Notes: a model not told the origin generated them from the sequence alone. Counted from the first letter of the stretch, positions 1-9,789 are shown. The stretch: 64,000 nucleotides of DNA from Gemmatimonadota bacterium (GCA_039590195.1 JBDHFY010000003.1:4241-68240), one strand, 5' to 3'. A program made the numbers and translations.

Positions 1-174
1 CGGTACAAGGTGCCCGGTCCGAGGATGGCCGAGCCTCGCGCGCGCCCTTGCACGGCCTGCATGATCTCGAAACCGTGCCGCTCCGCTTCGCTCAGGACGA
101 GGGCGATGACGGACGCCACGGGGGGCATTCGGGTCAGCTCATGTGATGTCACTACGGCGTGGCTGAGGACCATA
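1..174 (-). CDS. PadR-family transcriptional regulator, N-terminal part (gene continues past the window edge)
   Basis: Not in the ORF track because it is open at the edge. The minus-strand ATG at ~172-174 reads MVLSHAVVTSHELTRMPPVASVIALVLSEAERHGFEIMQAVQGRARGSAILGPGTLY... This is the same winged-helix core (E.RHG[FY].IMQ.V...GPGTLY) as the adjacent PadR at 194-571. Confidence 0.55.
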
Positions 175-193
175 AACGCTCCTTGATCGTTAC

Positions 194-571
194 TCAGCGA
201 ACGACTTTAGGGTCGGACAGGAGATGGCCGGCTTCCGCATCGCGCACCAGCGCCGCCATGCGCGCCGCTTCGGCCGCCGCGACCTGTTTGCCGAACGGCG
301 TGATCCGGTAGTACCGCCGGCGCTCGTCGTCGGATTCGGCGGCGGGACGATGTGCGGACGGCTCGATGAGACCGAGTTGCTGCAGCTCTTTGAGCGTGCG
401 GTATAGCGTGCCCGGGCCCAGAACGGATCGTCCACTCGCACGCTTGGGCACCTCCTGCATGATGCCATAGCCGTGGCGCTCCTCCTCGTTGAGAATCAGC
501 AGGATGGCGAACACGACCGGCCTCAGCGGCGTGAGCGTCTCTGGGTCCGGCTGAGGGCCTTTGGCTGCCAT
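194..571 (-). CDS. PadR-family transcriptional regulator
   Basis: 125-aa ORF with PadR winged-helix signature: ILLILNEEERHGYGIMQEV...GPGTLYRTLKELQQLGLIE...RRYYRITPFG. Confidence 0.9.
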   Translation of the reverse strand: MAAKGPQPDPETLTPLRPVVFAILLILNEEERHGYGIMQEVPKRASGRSVLGPGTLYRTLKELQQLGLIEPSAHRPAAESDDERRRYYRITPFGKQVAAAEAARMAALVRDAEAGHLLSDPKVVR

Positions 572-600
572 GGCGCCTCCATTTCAGGAATCTTCGTCAG

Positions 601-628
601 TAGATATATCCGCTAGTGGATATATCCG
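601..628. promoter_or_regulatory. Candidate PadR operator / promoter element: duplicated GATATATCC palindrome
   Basis: The sequence tagATATATCCgctagtGGATATATCCgg holds two copies ~16 bp apart, and the second (GGATATATCC) is a perfect palindrome. It is an AT-rich island in GC-rich DNA, 30-60 nt upstream of the PadR ATG, in the PadR/DUF1326 divergent region. Confidence 0.3.
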
Positions 629-846
629 GTGGCGGCCATAATAGCTTCTTCTCGGCGTGGGGTCAAGGCGCGGGCTGCCAGTGGCCGGCTTCCTCCTGCC
701 AACCATCGCGCTGACAAGGTGCCACCCTGGCGGTCCGTTAGTTGTTGGAGTACAATGAGTTACGTGACTCACCCGGCTGCCGTATTCCTGGCGACCGTCG
801 CGCCGGGATGCACCGTTACGGCAATACGAGAACCGGAGGAGGGTGG

Positions 847-1485
847 ATGACGGCGACAAATCAAAGCGGACATACGGCGGGTTGGTGGGCCCGTGGCTTG
901 TTGTTCGAGAACTGCTCCTGCCAGGTGGTTTGCCCCGGCCACGTGCATTTCTCCCAGCTGTGCACCTACGACCCATGCGCCGGCTATTGGGCCGTTCGGT
1001 TTGAGGACGGGGAAATCGATGGCGTGTCGTTGGCTGGCGTCATTGCGGTGATTGTCTACACCAGTCCGCAACACATGATCGAGGGCAACTGGACGCAGGT
1101 GCTCCTCATCGATGAGACGGCTTCGCGCGAACAGCGGCGGGGTGTCGAACACATTCTCACCGGCAAGGTCGGTGGACCGTGGGCGGTGCTCGCGCAGTTT
1201 GTCGCGAAGCAACTCGACACGCGTTACGTGCCGATTCGTATCGACGACAACGGGAGTACCAAGTCCGTCATGATCGACGGACTACTCGACTCCAGCATCC
1301 AAGCCATCCGGGGTCGGGACAAATCGAAGACCGTGACGTTCGAGAACATGTTCAACCAGATTCACGCCCCGTCGCAGGTCATCGCGACGGGGGGCGCGCG
1401 ATATGACGACGGCGAGATCGTGGTGAAGAACGACCAGACGCACGCGCTCTACTCGAACTTTGACTGGGCCGTGTCGCCATCGTAG
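847..1485 (+). CDS. DUF1326 domain protein
   Basis: ORF 742-1485 with the start moved to the internal ATG (MTATNQSGH...). Cys/His-rich N-terminus WWARGLLFENCSCQVVCPGHVHF typical of DUF1326. It is followed by its usual partner, DUF2182. Confidence 0.7.
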   Translation: MTATNQSGHTAGWWARGLLFENCSCQVVCPGHVHFSQLCTYDPCAGYWAVRFEDGEIDGVSLAGVIAVIVYTSPQHMIEGNWTQVLLIDETASREQRRGVEHILTGKVGGPWAVLAQFVAKQLDTRYVPIRIDDNGSTKSVMIDGLLDSSIQAIRGRDKSKTVTFENMFNQIHAPSQVIATGGARYDDGEIVVKNDQTHALYSNFDWAVSPS

Positions 1486-1493
1486 GTGGTGGG

Positions 1494-2267
1494 ATGTCAA
1501 TGGGGATTTCGACTGCGGATCTGATGAAGCGAGATCGAAACATCCTGCTGGCATCGGCGGCAACCGTGTGCGTGCTGTCCTGGCTCTTTCTGGCATACCA
1601 GCACGCATCGTTCGCGTTCGTTCGCCATCCGCTCGGTGCGCCTCATGCCGTGGCGTTCGGGCCGGGCCCGTTAGCGTTGGCGTTCGTCATGTGGATGGTC
1701 ATGATGGTGGCCATGATGCTTCCGCCGGTGATGCCGTGGATCACGCTCTTTGCCACGATGAGCAGGAGTCAAACGGTCGGGGAACAACGGAACATACCGG
1801 TCGTGTTGTTTGGCGCCGGATATTTTGCCATCTGGGCGGCGTACAGCATGGGTGCGGCACTTCTTCAACTGACGCTACAGCAAAGCGATCTGCTGCGGTT
1901 TGTGGAGTTCGACACGGGAGCGCGGGTGGGGGGTGCGCTCATCGTGGTGGCCGGTCTCTTTCAGCTGACGCCTCTCAAGGCGGCGTGCCTCAAACACTGT
2001 CGCACGCCGCTCGGCTACTTTCTCTCGCATTGGCGGGACGGTCCCGTCGGTGCGTTCCAGATGGGGTTTCGCCACGGGGTCTTCTGTGTTGGGTGTTGTT
2101 GGGCATTGATGGGGCTGATGTTTGCGCTCGGTGTGATGAATCTGCTGTGGATGGCGGTGCTGACATTGATGGTCTGCGTCGAGAAGATCGCACCGCGTGG
2201 TCAAGTGCTGAGCCGGGTGTTCGGCTACCTGTTTGTTGGCTGGGGGATGTGGTTGGTGGCGATGTGA
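1494..2267 (+). CDS. DUF2182 family integral membrane protein (predicted metal-binding)
   Basis: 257-aa ORF starting 9 nt after DUF1326. It is multi-pass hydrophobic, with MWMVMMVAMMLPP and CLKHCRTPL / CVGCCWALM Cys motifs characteristic of DUF2182. Confidence 0.7.
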   Translation: MSMGISTADLMKRDRNILLASAATVCVLSWLFLAYQHASFAFVRHPLGAPHAVAFGPGPLALAFVMWMVMMVAMMLPPVMPWITLFATMSRSQTVGEQRNIPVVLFGAGYFAIWAAYSMGAALLQLTLQQSDLLRFVEFDTGARVGGALIVVAGLFQLTPLKAACLKHCRTPLGYFLSHWRDGPVGAFQMGFRHGVFCVGCCWALMGLMFALGVMNLLWMAVLTLMVCVEKIAPRGQVLSRVFGYLFVGWGMWLVAM

Positions 2268-2377
2268 AAGGGCCGCGTGCTTCCAGCGATCGGCTGTCGG
2301 CTGTGATGTGGCAACGACGGTTGAGGGCCGAGGAAAGCAGGATCGGGAGAGCAGAGACTAAGGTCTGGAGAATATCG

Positions 2378-2926
2378 TCAGATCGGCTTGAACAGATCGG
2401 GTAGCACGATCTCGAGCCCGTCGTCCACTCCCTCCGGCTTCCACCCCACCCGCTCCCGTTCAATCCCTGGAAACTCCGCTTGCGGCTCCCACACTTCAAC
2501 GAGGGCGGTCTCGGGATCGACTATCCAGTAGGTGGGAACTTTCACTTCCTGATACAGCCGGCGCTTCGTGAACCGGTCACCGCGGGCGGTCGACGGGCTC
2601 AGGACCTCGATGACGAGCAGCAGGTTTTGCATGTTGCGCCAGTCCATCGAGCGCGCCTCGTCAATGCGGACGACGAACACATCCGGCTGGACGAGCGTAT
2701 CGACGCTCCAGGAAATGTCCGCCGGCGAGTGAAACACGTGACCGATAGGATGCGTCTCGAGGTAGCCCCGTAGGGCGAGGTACAGGCGGCCCACTATCTC
2801 CTGGTGCCAGGCCCGCGGCGCAGGGGTCACCAACAGCTCGCCGCGGACAGTCTCGTAGCGCTTGCCGTCGTCGGGGAGGGCGCGGACCATCTCGGCCGAG
2901 TAATACGCGGGGACAGCCATGCCCAT
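2378..2926 (-). CDS. Uma2 (DUF820) family endonuclease
   Basis: ORF 2378-3109 trimmed to MGMAVPAYY... Motifs YETVRGELLVTPAP, PDVFVV, VIEVLSPST...D...K...Y...GV.EYWIVDP-like (VPTYWIVDP) match the Uma2 PD-(D/E)xK fold family. Confidence 0.75.
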   Translation of the reverse strand: MGMAVPAYYSAEMVRALPDDGKRYETVRGELLVTPAPRAWHQEIVGRLYLALRGYLETHPIGHVFHSPADISWSVDTLVQPDVFVVRIDEARSMDWRNMQNLLLVIEVLSPSTARGDRFTKRRLYQEVKVPTYWIVDPETALVEVWEPQAEFPGIERERVGWKPEGVDDGLEIVLPDLFKPI

Positions 2927-3198
2927 AAGCTCGCCTCGGCGGTGGGAGGGACGCAATACGGTGCCACGGCAAATGATGGTACCGCTGAGGCCCGGAAGCG
3001 TCACCAGTTTTCTGGGGCTAGTAGCGTTCTCACGCGGTAACGTTCTTGGCATGGGCGTGCGAGCCAGCCTGTTGAGTCCCGCGCTGAGAGGGCGGGCCCT
3101 TCGGCGCAAGCTTGAGCGACAGCCCGCCGAGCCGCGAGCTTAGTCGCGGTTGCAAAACCGCCGAGCGCGGGCTCTCAGCCCTGGACTCAACCCATCCC

Positions 3199-5874
3199 TC
3201 ACTCCACCCGCAACACCTTCATCGGATCGATGCGAGTCGCGCGCCGGGCCGGCACATAGTTGGCCAGCATGCCGATGATCCCGAGGATGGCCGGAACGCC
3301 GAGGAACGTCACGGGGTCGAGCGTACTGATCCCGAACACCAGGCTCTGGAGCAAGCGGCTCAGCAGGGCTGCGCCCGCGAGGCCCACGATGGCACCGAGC
3401 ACGACGAGTTTCCCCCCGTGGCTCAGTATCATGAGCCGCACGTGGCCGGCGCGGGCGCCCAAGGCCATGCGAATGCTGATCTCGCTCGCGCGTTGCGACA
3501 CAGCGTACGACATCACGCCGTAGATACCGACGGCGGCCATACACAGAGCAAAGACCGCGAACGCGACGAACAAGCTGATGAGGGCGTAACCGGTTGCCTC
3601 CGCGTCGTACAACGCCTGCTCCATCGTGCGCACGTCGTCGACAGGCTGATCGGGGTCGAGTGACCAGACGGCGTTGCGCACGGCGCCGCTGAGAGCCAGC
3701 GCGTCTCTCTGTGCCCGCGCGAGCACGACCAGTGTTGCCAGTGGGTTTTGCGCGAAGGGGAGGTAGATCATCGGCTGAACCCGCTCGTCGGAGGTGCTGC
3801 TGCGCGTATCGGCCACGACACCCACGATTTGCACCCACGGCGCGGTTTCGTCGACGCCGATACGGAAGCGCCGCCCGATTGGGTCCTCGTCCGGCCAATA
3901 CCGCCGGGCTGTTTCCTGGGCGATGACCGCGACCTCGAACGAAGCGTCGGTGTCGTTGGTCGTGAACGTGCGCCCGCTTACGGTAGGGATTCCCAAGACG
4001 TCGAAGTACTCCGGCGTCACGACGCTCGTGCGCCCGGTCGGCCGGTCCGCCTCGTCGACGGGAGGCTGGCCCTCGATCTCGAACGACCGGCGGGCCGCAT
4101 TTTCCGCCACCGGGCGAACAGTTGCCAGCGCCACGCTTGCGACGCCGGGCAGACCCTCGACGCGTTCCGTCAGTTGCTCGAAGAATTGTCGCCGAGCGTC
4201 ATCGTCGCCGTACTTGCTTTCGGGAAGGCCGATTCGCACGGACAGGATGTTCGTGGCATCGAAACCCAGCTCCCTCTGCTCCAACTGGATCACAGAGCGG
4301 ACGAGGAGGCCGGCCACAACCATGAGCATCAAAGCGAGCGATACTTGAGCGCCCACCAACACCCCCCGGGTCCGATTCCCCTTGCGCCCGCCACTCCGTG
4401 CGCTTCCCTCCTTCAACGCAGCTCCCACGTCCTCGGCCGACGTCTTGAGTGCCGGAAGGAGCCCGAAAGCTAGAGGAGTGATCAACGACACGATAAGCGT
4501 AAAGAACAGCACATTCCCGTCGATCTCGGCCATCATGAACACGACTTCGCGGCCATTCGAGATGGTGACGAGCCCTTGCATGAGGCCGCGAGAGAGACCC
4601 AATCCGATGGCGGCCGAAAGGCCAGCGATGACGAAGCTCTCGGTGAGCAGCTGCCGCACGAGGCGCACCCGGCCGGCCCCCAAGGCCGCGCGCACGGCCA
4701 TCTCGCGGCTGCGAGCCGACGCGCGCGCAAGCAACATGTTCGCGACGTTGGCACAGGCGATGAGGAGGACGAAACCCACCGTCAAAACCAGCAAGAGCAG
4801 AATGGTCTTGGCCTCGCTGTCCAGCAGCCCGTCCTCCGCAAGAAACGCGTGAGGCTCCCAGCCACGATGGGTGGCCGGATATTCCTCGGCGAGCCGTGCC
4901 CCGATGGCCAGGATTTCGTCGTAGGCCTGTTGGCCCGTCACCCCCTCCTTGAGACGACCTGTGAGGAACAGGTTGCGCTGCTCCCGGCTCACCTCGCTGG
5001 CTCGATCGAGATCGAGGGGAAGCCAGACTTCTGCTTCGGCGAGTTCGGCGAACTCCATCTCCGGTGATATCACACCCACGACCGTGTATTCGCGCCCATC
5101 GAGCCGGAGCTGAGATCCGACGACCTCTTCCCGCCCGGCGTACTGTCGAATCCAGAACCCGTGACTCAGCATGGCGACTGGCGGTGCCCCCGGCTGGTCC
5201 TCGCCTGGGAGGAAGCCTCTCCCCGTTACCGTCCCGAGTCGCCACACATCGAGAAGGTTGTCTGTCACCCGGTACCCGTCGACGCGCAACGGCTCGCCCC
5301 CGTTCGTGAGAGCCCACTGTCCGCCCCGCCACGCTGCGATGCCCTCGAAGCTCTGGCTCTGATCCCGGAAGTCGAGGAAGTCGGGGAAGGAAAACGATCC
5401 CCGCTCGATACCCAGCTGAGCGTTGGCATTCCGGAAGATCACTGCCGTCTCCGCCTCGTTCATGGGGAGATCGGCGAACACCAGGGCATTCACCAGGCTG
5501 AAAATGGCCGTGTTGACGCCTATAGCGAGCGCGAGCGTCACGGTGGACACGGCGGTGAAAGCCGGATTCTTGATGAGCGAACGAATACCGTAGCGCAGAT
5601 CCTGGAACACGGTTTCCATGGGCTGTTTACTCCGGGGTTTCGCCCCGCGCGGCGGGCGGGTACGGATCGCCAGGTTGGGGGCTGCGGACTTGACTACCTG
5701 CCGCCAGTACCACCGCCTGGCGGCGTCGGAACCGTCGGCCTCGCGGCGGGCGAGGAACGCCTCTTCGAGGTCCCCGAGCTGCTGATCCCGGTACGGACCG
5801 GCCGAGAGGAATGCGATGAGAAGACGCGCCAGGGCTGGTGGTGTGGCCTGCCTACGTCGGGGGAGGCGTATCAT
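3199..5874 (-). CDS. ADOP-type duplicated FtsX/MacB ABC transporter permease
   Basis: 891-aa ORF. A cytosolic prefix (LGDLEEAFLARREADGS...RRWYWRQVV) is followed by two TM-MacB_PCD-FtsX halves (FQDLRYGIRSLIKNPAFTAVS...; C-terminal ...YVPARRATRIDPMKVLRVE). Its start overlaps the PadR stop by 4 bp. Confidence 0.9.
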   Translation of the reverse strand: MIRLPRRRQATPPALARLLIAFLSAGPYRDQQLGDLEEAFLARREADGSDAARRWYWRQVVKSAAPNLAIRTRPPRGAKPRSKQPMETVFQDLRYGIRSLIKNPAFTAVSTVTLALAIGVNTAIFSLVNALVFADLPMNEAETAVIFRNANAQLGIERGSFSFPDFLDFRDQSQSFEGIAAWRGGQWALTNGGEPLRVDGYRVTDNLLDVWRLGTVTGRGFLPGEDQPGAPPVAMLSHGFWIRQYAGREEVVGSQLRLDGREYTVVGVISPEMEFAELAEAEVWLPLDLDRASEVSREQRNLFLTGRLKEGVTGQQAYDEILAIGARLAEEYPATHRGWEPHAFLAEDGLLDSEAKTILLLLVLTVGFVLLIACANVANMLLARASARSREMAVRAALGAGRVRLVRQLLTESFVIAGLSAAIGLGLSRGLMQGLVTISNGREVVFMMAEIDGNVLFFTLIVSLITPLAFGLLPALKTSAEDVGAALKEGSARSGGRKGNRTRGVLVGAQVSLALMLMVVAGLLVRSVIQLEQRELGFDATNILSVRIGLPESKYGDDDARRQFFEQLTERVEGLPGVASVALATVRPVAENAARRSFEIEGQPPVDEADRPTGRTSVVTPEYFDVLGIPTVSGRTFTTNDTDASFEVAVIAQETARRYWPDEDPIGRRFRIGVDETAPWVQIVGVVADTRSSTSDERVQPMIYLPFAQNPLATLVVLARAQRDALALSGAVRNAVWSLDPDQPVDDVRTMEQALYDAEATGYALISLFVAFAVFALCMAAVGIYGVMSYAVSQRASEISIRMALGARAGHVRLMILSHGGKLVVLGAIVGLAGAALLSRLLQSLVFGISTLDPVTFLGVPAILGIIGMLANYVPARRATRIDPMKVLRVE

Positions 5875-6215
5875 CGGCCGAACATTCCTGGGTCCAGGTC
5901 CAATCCCTCCTGGAGGTTCGCGATCATTTCATCGGAACGCCGGAGGGCCATCAAGCCGGACAACTCGAGCTGGTAGTAGCGCTTGGCCCGCCCACCCCGC
6001 TCAGGCGTGGGGTCGCCCAACGCGGAGGCCACATATCCCTTCCGCTCCATGCGATCCAGCGCCGAGTACACGGAGCCGATCCCCACTTCGCGGCCCGTCC
6101 GGGCCTCGATCTCCTCCCGGATGGCCATGCCGTAAGCACCGTCCCGAAGCCGAGCCAGCGCCAACAGGACGACCTGCTCGAACTCTCCTAGAAATCCGCC
6201 CTTGGGCATGGTCAC
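5871..6215 (-). CDS. PadR-family transcriptional regulator
   Basis: 114-aa ORF: FEQVVLLALARLRDGAYGMAIREEIE...GSVYSALDRMERKGYV...GRAKRYYQLE. Confidence 0.9.
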   Translation of the reverse strand: MTMPKGGFLGEFEQVVLLALARLRDGAYGMAIREEIEARTGREVGIGSVYSALDRMERKGYVASALGDPTPERGGRAKRYYQLELSGLMALRRSDEMIANLQEGLDLDPGMFGR

Positions 6216-6430
6216 CTCATTTTTTCGGCAAATTTGAGTAAATCTAGTATGGGACCTTACGGAGGAGTGCTCGGCAGGGTTTCAGGTGGAGGCTGGTGAG
6301 GAGTCGGACGGCGGTGTGGGCGTTGTCTGACGTTTAGCCGTGCTGCCATGGTCCCGAATCTGTCAATCACCCGGAGTGGTATAATTCCGTATGTCTGAGC
6401 GGATTGCCCACCCGAGCGAGTTAGATCGTC

Positions 6431-8854
6431 GTGGAACTGTTTGAGCAACTACAGCGCACCCTCGGTGCCGCCTACACCGTGAAAGAGGAACTCGGCGGCG
6501 GCGGCATGTCCCGGGTGTTCCTGGCCCACGACAACGAACTCGACCGGAAGGTCGCCGTTAAGGTACTCCACTCAGACCTCGTCGCCGGGGTTTCTGCCGA
6601 GCGGTTCAAGAGAGAGATCATGCTCTCGGCGAACCTCCAGCACCCTCACATCGTCGGTGTCATCAGCGCTGGCGAGACAGAGGGCTTGCCCTTCTTCGTC
6701 ATGCCGTTTGTGGAAGGCGAGTCACTCAGCTTGCGCCTGTCAGGAAAGCGCAAGCTCCCGGTGCGGGAGAGTGTCAGCATTCTCAAGGATGTTGCCCGCG
6801 CCCTCGCCTATGCCCACGAGCGGGGGATTGTCCATCGGGATGTGAAGCCGGGGAATGTTCTCCTGGCGGGGGGGTCAGCGGCGCTCGCCGATTTCGGAGT
6901 GGCCAAGGCCATCCATCAGGCCCAGCATTCGGACGAGGCGGGCTCTACCGACCAGCTCACGAGCGTCGGTATGTCCCTCGGCACACCAACCTACATGGCC
7001 CCCGAGCAGATCGCGGGTGACGCTGATACCGATCACCGCGCTGACATCTATGCTTTCGGCATCATGGCGTACCAGATGTTGGCGGGCGCGCCGCCTTTTG
7101 CCGAGCGAACGGGACGGGCAATCCTCGCCGCCCATGTTACGGAAGCCCCCGTGCCCGTCACCGCCGTGCGACCGGATATTTCCGAGGGTCTCGCCGATCT
7201 CGTCATGCGCTGCATCGAGAAGGACCCCGCACGCCGGCCCCAATCGGCCAGGGAGATCGTTGCTGTGCTGGACGATCCCGCGTTCGTGACGGGGTCGTCG
7301 CACGCACTCTCTTCACACGGTCTCGGCGTGGGTTTCGGACAGTTCGCCAAGCAGCGCCTCGTGGCCGGCCTGGCCGCCCTCGGCATCGTGGTAGCCGGAC
7401 TCGCTTACCTGCTTGGGTCAGGTTCGAACGGCGCCGGAGCGAGCGCGCCTCCACCCGGGGCCATTGCGGTGCTGCCGTTCGTCAACGTCGGCGGCGATGA
7501 GGATAACGACTATTTCGTGGACGGCATGACCGACGAGCTGATCAGTGCGCTCAACAAGGTACCGGGCCTGCGCCTGGCTTCCCGCACTGCAGCGTTTGCG
7601 TTCAAGGATACGCGTGCGACGCCTCGAGAGATTGGAGAAACGCTCAACGTGGCGACGCTACTCGAGGGCACCGTTCGCAAGGCCGGAACTCGGCTCCGCG
7701 TGACGGCGCAACTCGTTTCCAGCGAGGACGGACTCTCCGTGTGGTCCGACACCTACGATCGGGAGATGAGTGACGTCTTCACCGTACAGGACAATCTCGC
7801 CCGAGCGATTGTCGGAGCCCTGCGGGAGCGCCTCGGGGGAGATGTTGCAGGTGATGTTCACCTGCAGAGGGGGACTCGAGATCTCGCGGCTTACGATCTT
7901 TACCTGCGGGGCCGGTTCTTCTTCCAGAAGCGCGGCGACGAAGCACTGCACCGCGCTCTCGCGTACTTCGAGCAAGCCGTAGCGCAAGATTCCGTCTATG
8001 CGGCTGCGTTTGCGGGGATGGCTGACGTGTACGCGGTGTTGCCCCTCTACAGCAGCGCAGCCGGAGACTCGCTGCTGCCGCTCGCCCTGAGGGCGGTAGA
8101 CCGAGCCATTGCGCTGGACAGTATGTTGCCGGCAGCCTACACGTCGCGCGGCGGCATTCTCAACAGCAGCTGGCGTTGGGAAGCGGCGGCGCGGGACCTT
8201 CAACGGGCAATCGAACTCGATCCCAAGTACGTGACGGCCTATCAGTGGTACGGGGAGAATCTCCTCTTGAATGGGCGAGTCGAGGAGGCCATTGCCAATT
8301 TCCAGAGGGCGGCGGAGCTCGACCCTTTTTCCCCCATCGCAACGGCACTGCACGGTGTGGCCTTGGGTATCATCGGATCGTCAGACGAGGCGGTGCAGAC
8401 GCTGCATAGGGCTGTGGAAGTCGATTCTTCCCTCGCAGCGACCCGACTCATGCTCGGGACCGTGTATCTGTACGGGGGAAGAGGGACGGATGCCGTCCGT
8501 GAACTCGAGGCGGCCCGAGTGATCGGAGATGTCCCGGCGGTGCAGGGCATGTTGGGCTACGCCTACGCGGTGACGGGGCGGACCGAGGAGGCCCGCGCCC
8601 TGCTCGCGTCGCTCACGGCTGCAGGGCCCGGTTCCGGGCGTGCAGCCGCCGTCGCGCGGATCCATCTGGGACTCGGCGATCCTTCGGCGGCCCTCTCGTG
8701 GCTCGATCGGGCGGCGGACCTCAGAGATCCATTCTTCGGCTCGGAGCCGATCGCCTCGCCGATCTTCGATTCGCTGCGCGACGATCCCAGATTCACTGAG
8801 ATATTAAGGAAGGTGAACCTGGATGTCGGGCGTTTGACTAGGCCGAGATCCTAG
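6431..8854 (+). CDS. Ser/Thr protein kinase with periplasmic module and C-terminal TPR repeats
   Basis: 807-aa ORF with a GTG start. Hanks motifs GGGGMSRVF, VAVKVL, HRDVKPGNVLL, DFGVAK, YMAPE. One TM, then IAVLPFVNVGGDEDNDYFVDGMTDELI, then TPR-like repeats to the C-terminus. Confidence 0.9.
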   Translation: MELFEQLQRTLGAAYTVKEELGGGGMSRVFLAHDNELDRKVAVKVLHSDLVAGVSAERFKREIMLSANLQHPHIVGVISAGETEGLPFFVMPFVEGESLSLRLSGKRKLPVRESVSILKDVARALAYAHERGIVHRDVKPGNVLLAGGSAALADFGVAKAIHQAQHSDEAGSTDQLTSVGMSLGTPTYMAPEQIAGDADTDHRADIYAFGIMAYQMLAGAPPFAERTGRAILAAHVTEAPVPVTAVRPDISEGLADLVMRCIEKDPARRPQSAREIVAVLDDPAFVTGSSHALSSHGLGVGFGQFAKQRLVAGLAALGIVVAGLAYLLGSGSNGAGASAPPPGAIAVLPFVNVGGDEDNDYFVDGMTDELISALNKVPGLRLASRTAAFAFKDTRATPREIGETLNVATLLEGTVRKAGTRLRVTAQLVSSEDGLSVWSDTYDREMSDVFTVQDNLARAIVGALRERLGGDVAGDVHLQRGTRDLAAYDLYLRGRFFFQKRGDEALHRALAYFEQAVAQDSVYAAAFAGMADVYAVLPLYSSAAGDSLLPLALRAVDRAIALDSMLPAAYTSRGGILNSSWRWEAAARDLQRAIELDPKYVTAYQWYGENLLLNGRVEEAIANFQRAAELDPFSPIATALHGVALGIIGSSDEAVQTLHRAVEVDSSLAATRLMLGTVYLYGGRGTDAVRELEAARVIGDVPAVQGMLGYAYAVTGRTEEARALLASLTAAGPGSGRAAAVARIHLGLGDPSAALSWLDRAADLRDPFFGSEPIASPIFDSLRDDPRFTEILRKVNLDVGRLTRPRS

Positions 8855-8870
8855 GTAGGCTCAGGAGCGA

Positions 8871-8898
8871 CCAGCTCCCAGCTCCCCGCTCCCCGCTC
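8871..8898. repeat. Heptamer tandem repeat (CCAGCTC x2, CCCGCTC x2)
   Basis: Four phase-consistent 7-mers between the convergent kinase (stop 8854) and the CPBP gene (stop 8908). Confidence 0.7.
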
Positions 8899-8907
8899 TG
8901 TCTTTTG

Positions 8908-9789
8908 TCAACTTGCCCACCCCTGCCAAATTCCCAAATCGAGCAGGATGTTGAGCACCCAATGCACGAGGGTCACGGGGATGATGCTTCTTGACTCGAG
9001 CGCGATGGTGCCCGCGGTGATCCCCCAGAAAAGCGTGCCCCACAACTCCGGCAACGGCTTGCCCAGGTGCCACGCGGTGTAGGAGAGCATGGAGATGAAG
9101 ATGGCGTAGTAGCCGAAGACCAACGGTCCCTTCACACCCACCACCCCGGGTGGCGCGTCGCGATCCTTGAATTGGAATAGCCCGAACAACAGATAACCGC
9201 GAAACGTGAACTCGATCACCAGGAAGAACACGAACTGCCCAACGCCGGTGAAGTCCCGAAACAGTGGGTACGTTGCCTGCATACCGGCGTCACGCAAGCC
9301 GAAGAAGAACGCCGGCAAACTGACGGCGAAGAGGACACCGGCCGCGAGCCACGCGAGAGTTCTGCGCTCTTTGGGTGGGAGGCAGAGTCCGTAGTCTTTG
9401 AGATCCTGCTTCAGCACGAGCTTGATCAGCAGGATGGGGATGACCACCAGGAGAAACGCCCCAGCGAAGAAGCTGATCCACTCCTGATCCCATGGGATTC
9501 CCGGGATGATCTGAGCACGCGCGTCGGGATCGCTACCCGGGCCCTTCCATCCGTCCCACAGCACCGAAAGCCATGTGAGCTTCCCGTGCACGCCCCACAA
9601 CATGATCAGGACGAAGGCGCTGCCCAGGATGATTCCCACCGGGTCGTGGAAGAGGCGGAAGACGGTGTTCACGATGAGCTTGAGCAACGTCTTCAAGTTC
9701 GGCTTCTCGATCTCACTCTCCGGTACGTGGAGTAACCGAGGCCACCGATCGTCCGAGCGTTCCTGCGGCGGTTTACTGACGGTTTCCAT
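8908..9789 (-). CDS. CPBP-family intramembrane glutamic endopeptidase (CAAX protease/Abi-like)
   Basis: 293-aa polytopic ORF. Motifs VIEFTFRGYLLF (EExxxR-like), AWHLGK, LVHWVLNILLD (HxxxN/D). Last gene of the DUF362 operon. Confidence 0.7.
   Translation of the reverse strand: METVSKPPQERSDDRWPRLLHVPESEIEKPNLKTLLKLIVNTVFRLFHDPVGIILGSAFVLIMLWGVHGKLTWLSVLWDGWKGPGSDPDARAQIIPGIPWDQEWISFFAGAFLLVVIPILLIKLVLKQDLKDYGLCLPPKERRTLAWLAAGVLFAVSLPAFFFGLRDAGMQATYPLFRDFTGVGQFVFFLVIEFTFRGYLLFGLFQFKDRDAPPGVVGVKGPLVFGYYAIFISMLSYTAWHLGKPLPELWGTLFWGITAGTIALESRSIIPVTLVHWVLNILLDLGIWQGWAS

Noticed and set aside
3748-5332. Long overlapping ORFs inside the ADOP permease gene (3748-4473 +, 3794-4348 +, 4199-5332 -, 4382-4852 +).
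   Set aside because: These are typical GC-rich shadow frames. They are Arg/Pro/Gly/Ala-dominated and lack motifs and an RBS. They lie entirely within a gene whose frame has clear family-level similarity. The same reasoning applies to 20190-21176 (+), 38570-39274 (+), 43129-43683 (+), 44875-45813 (+), 54845-55675 (-), 58964-60028 (-) and 62914-63732 (-).
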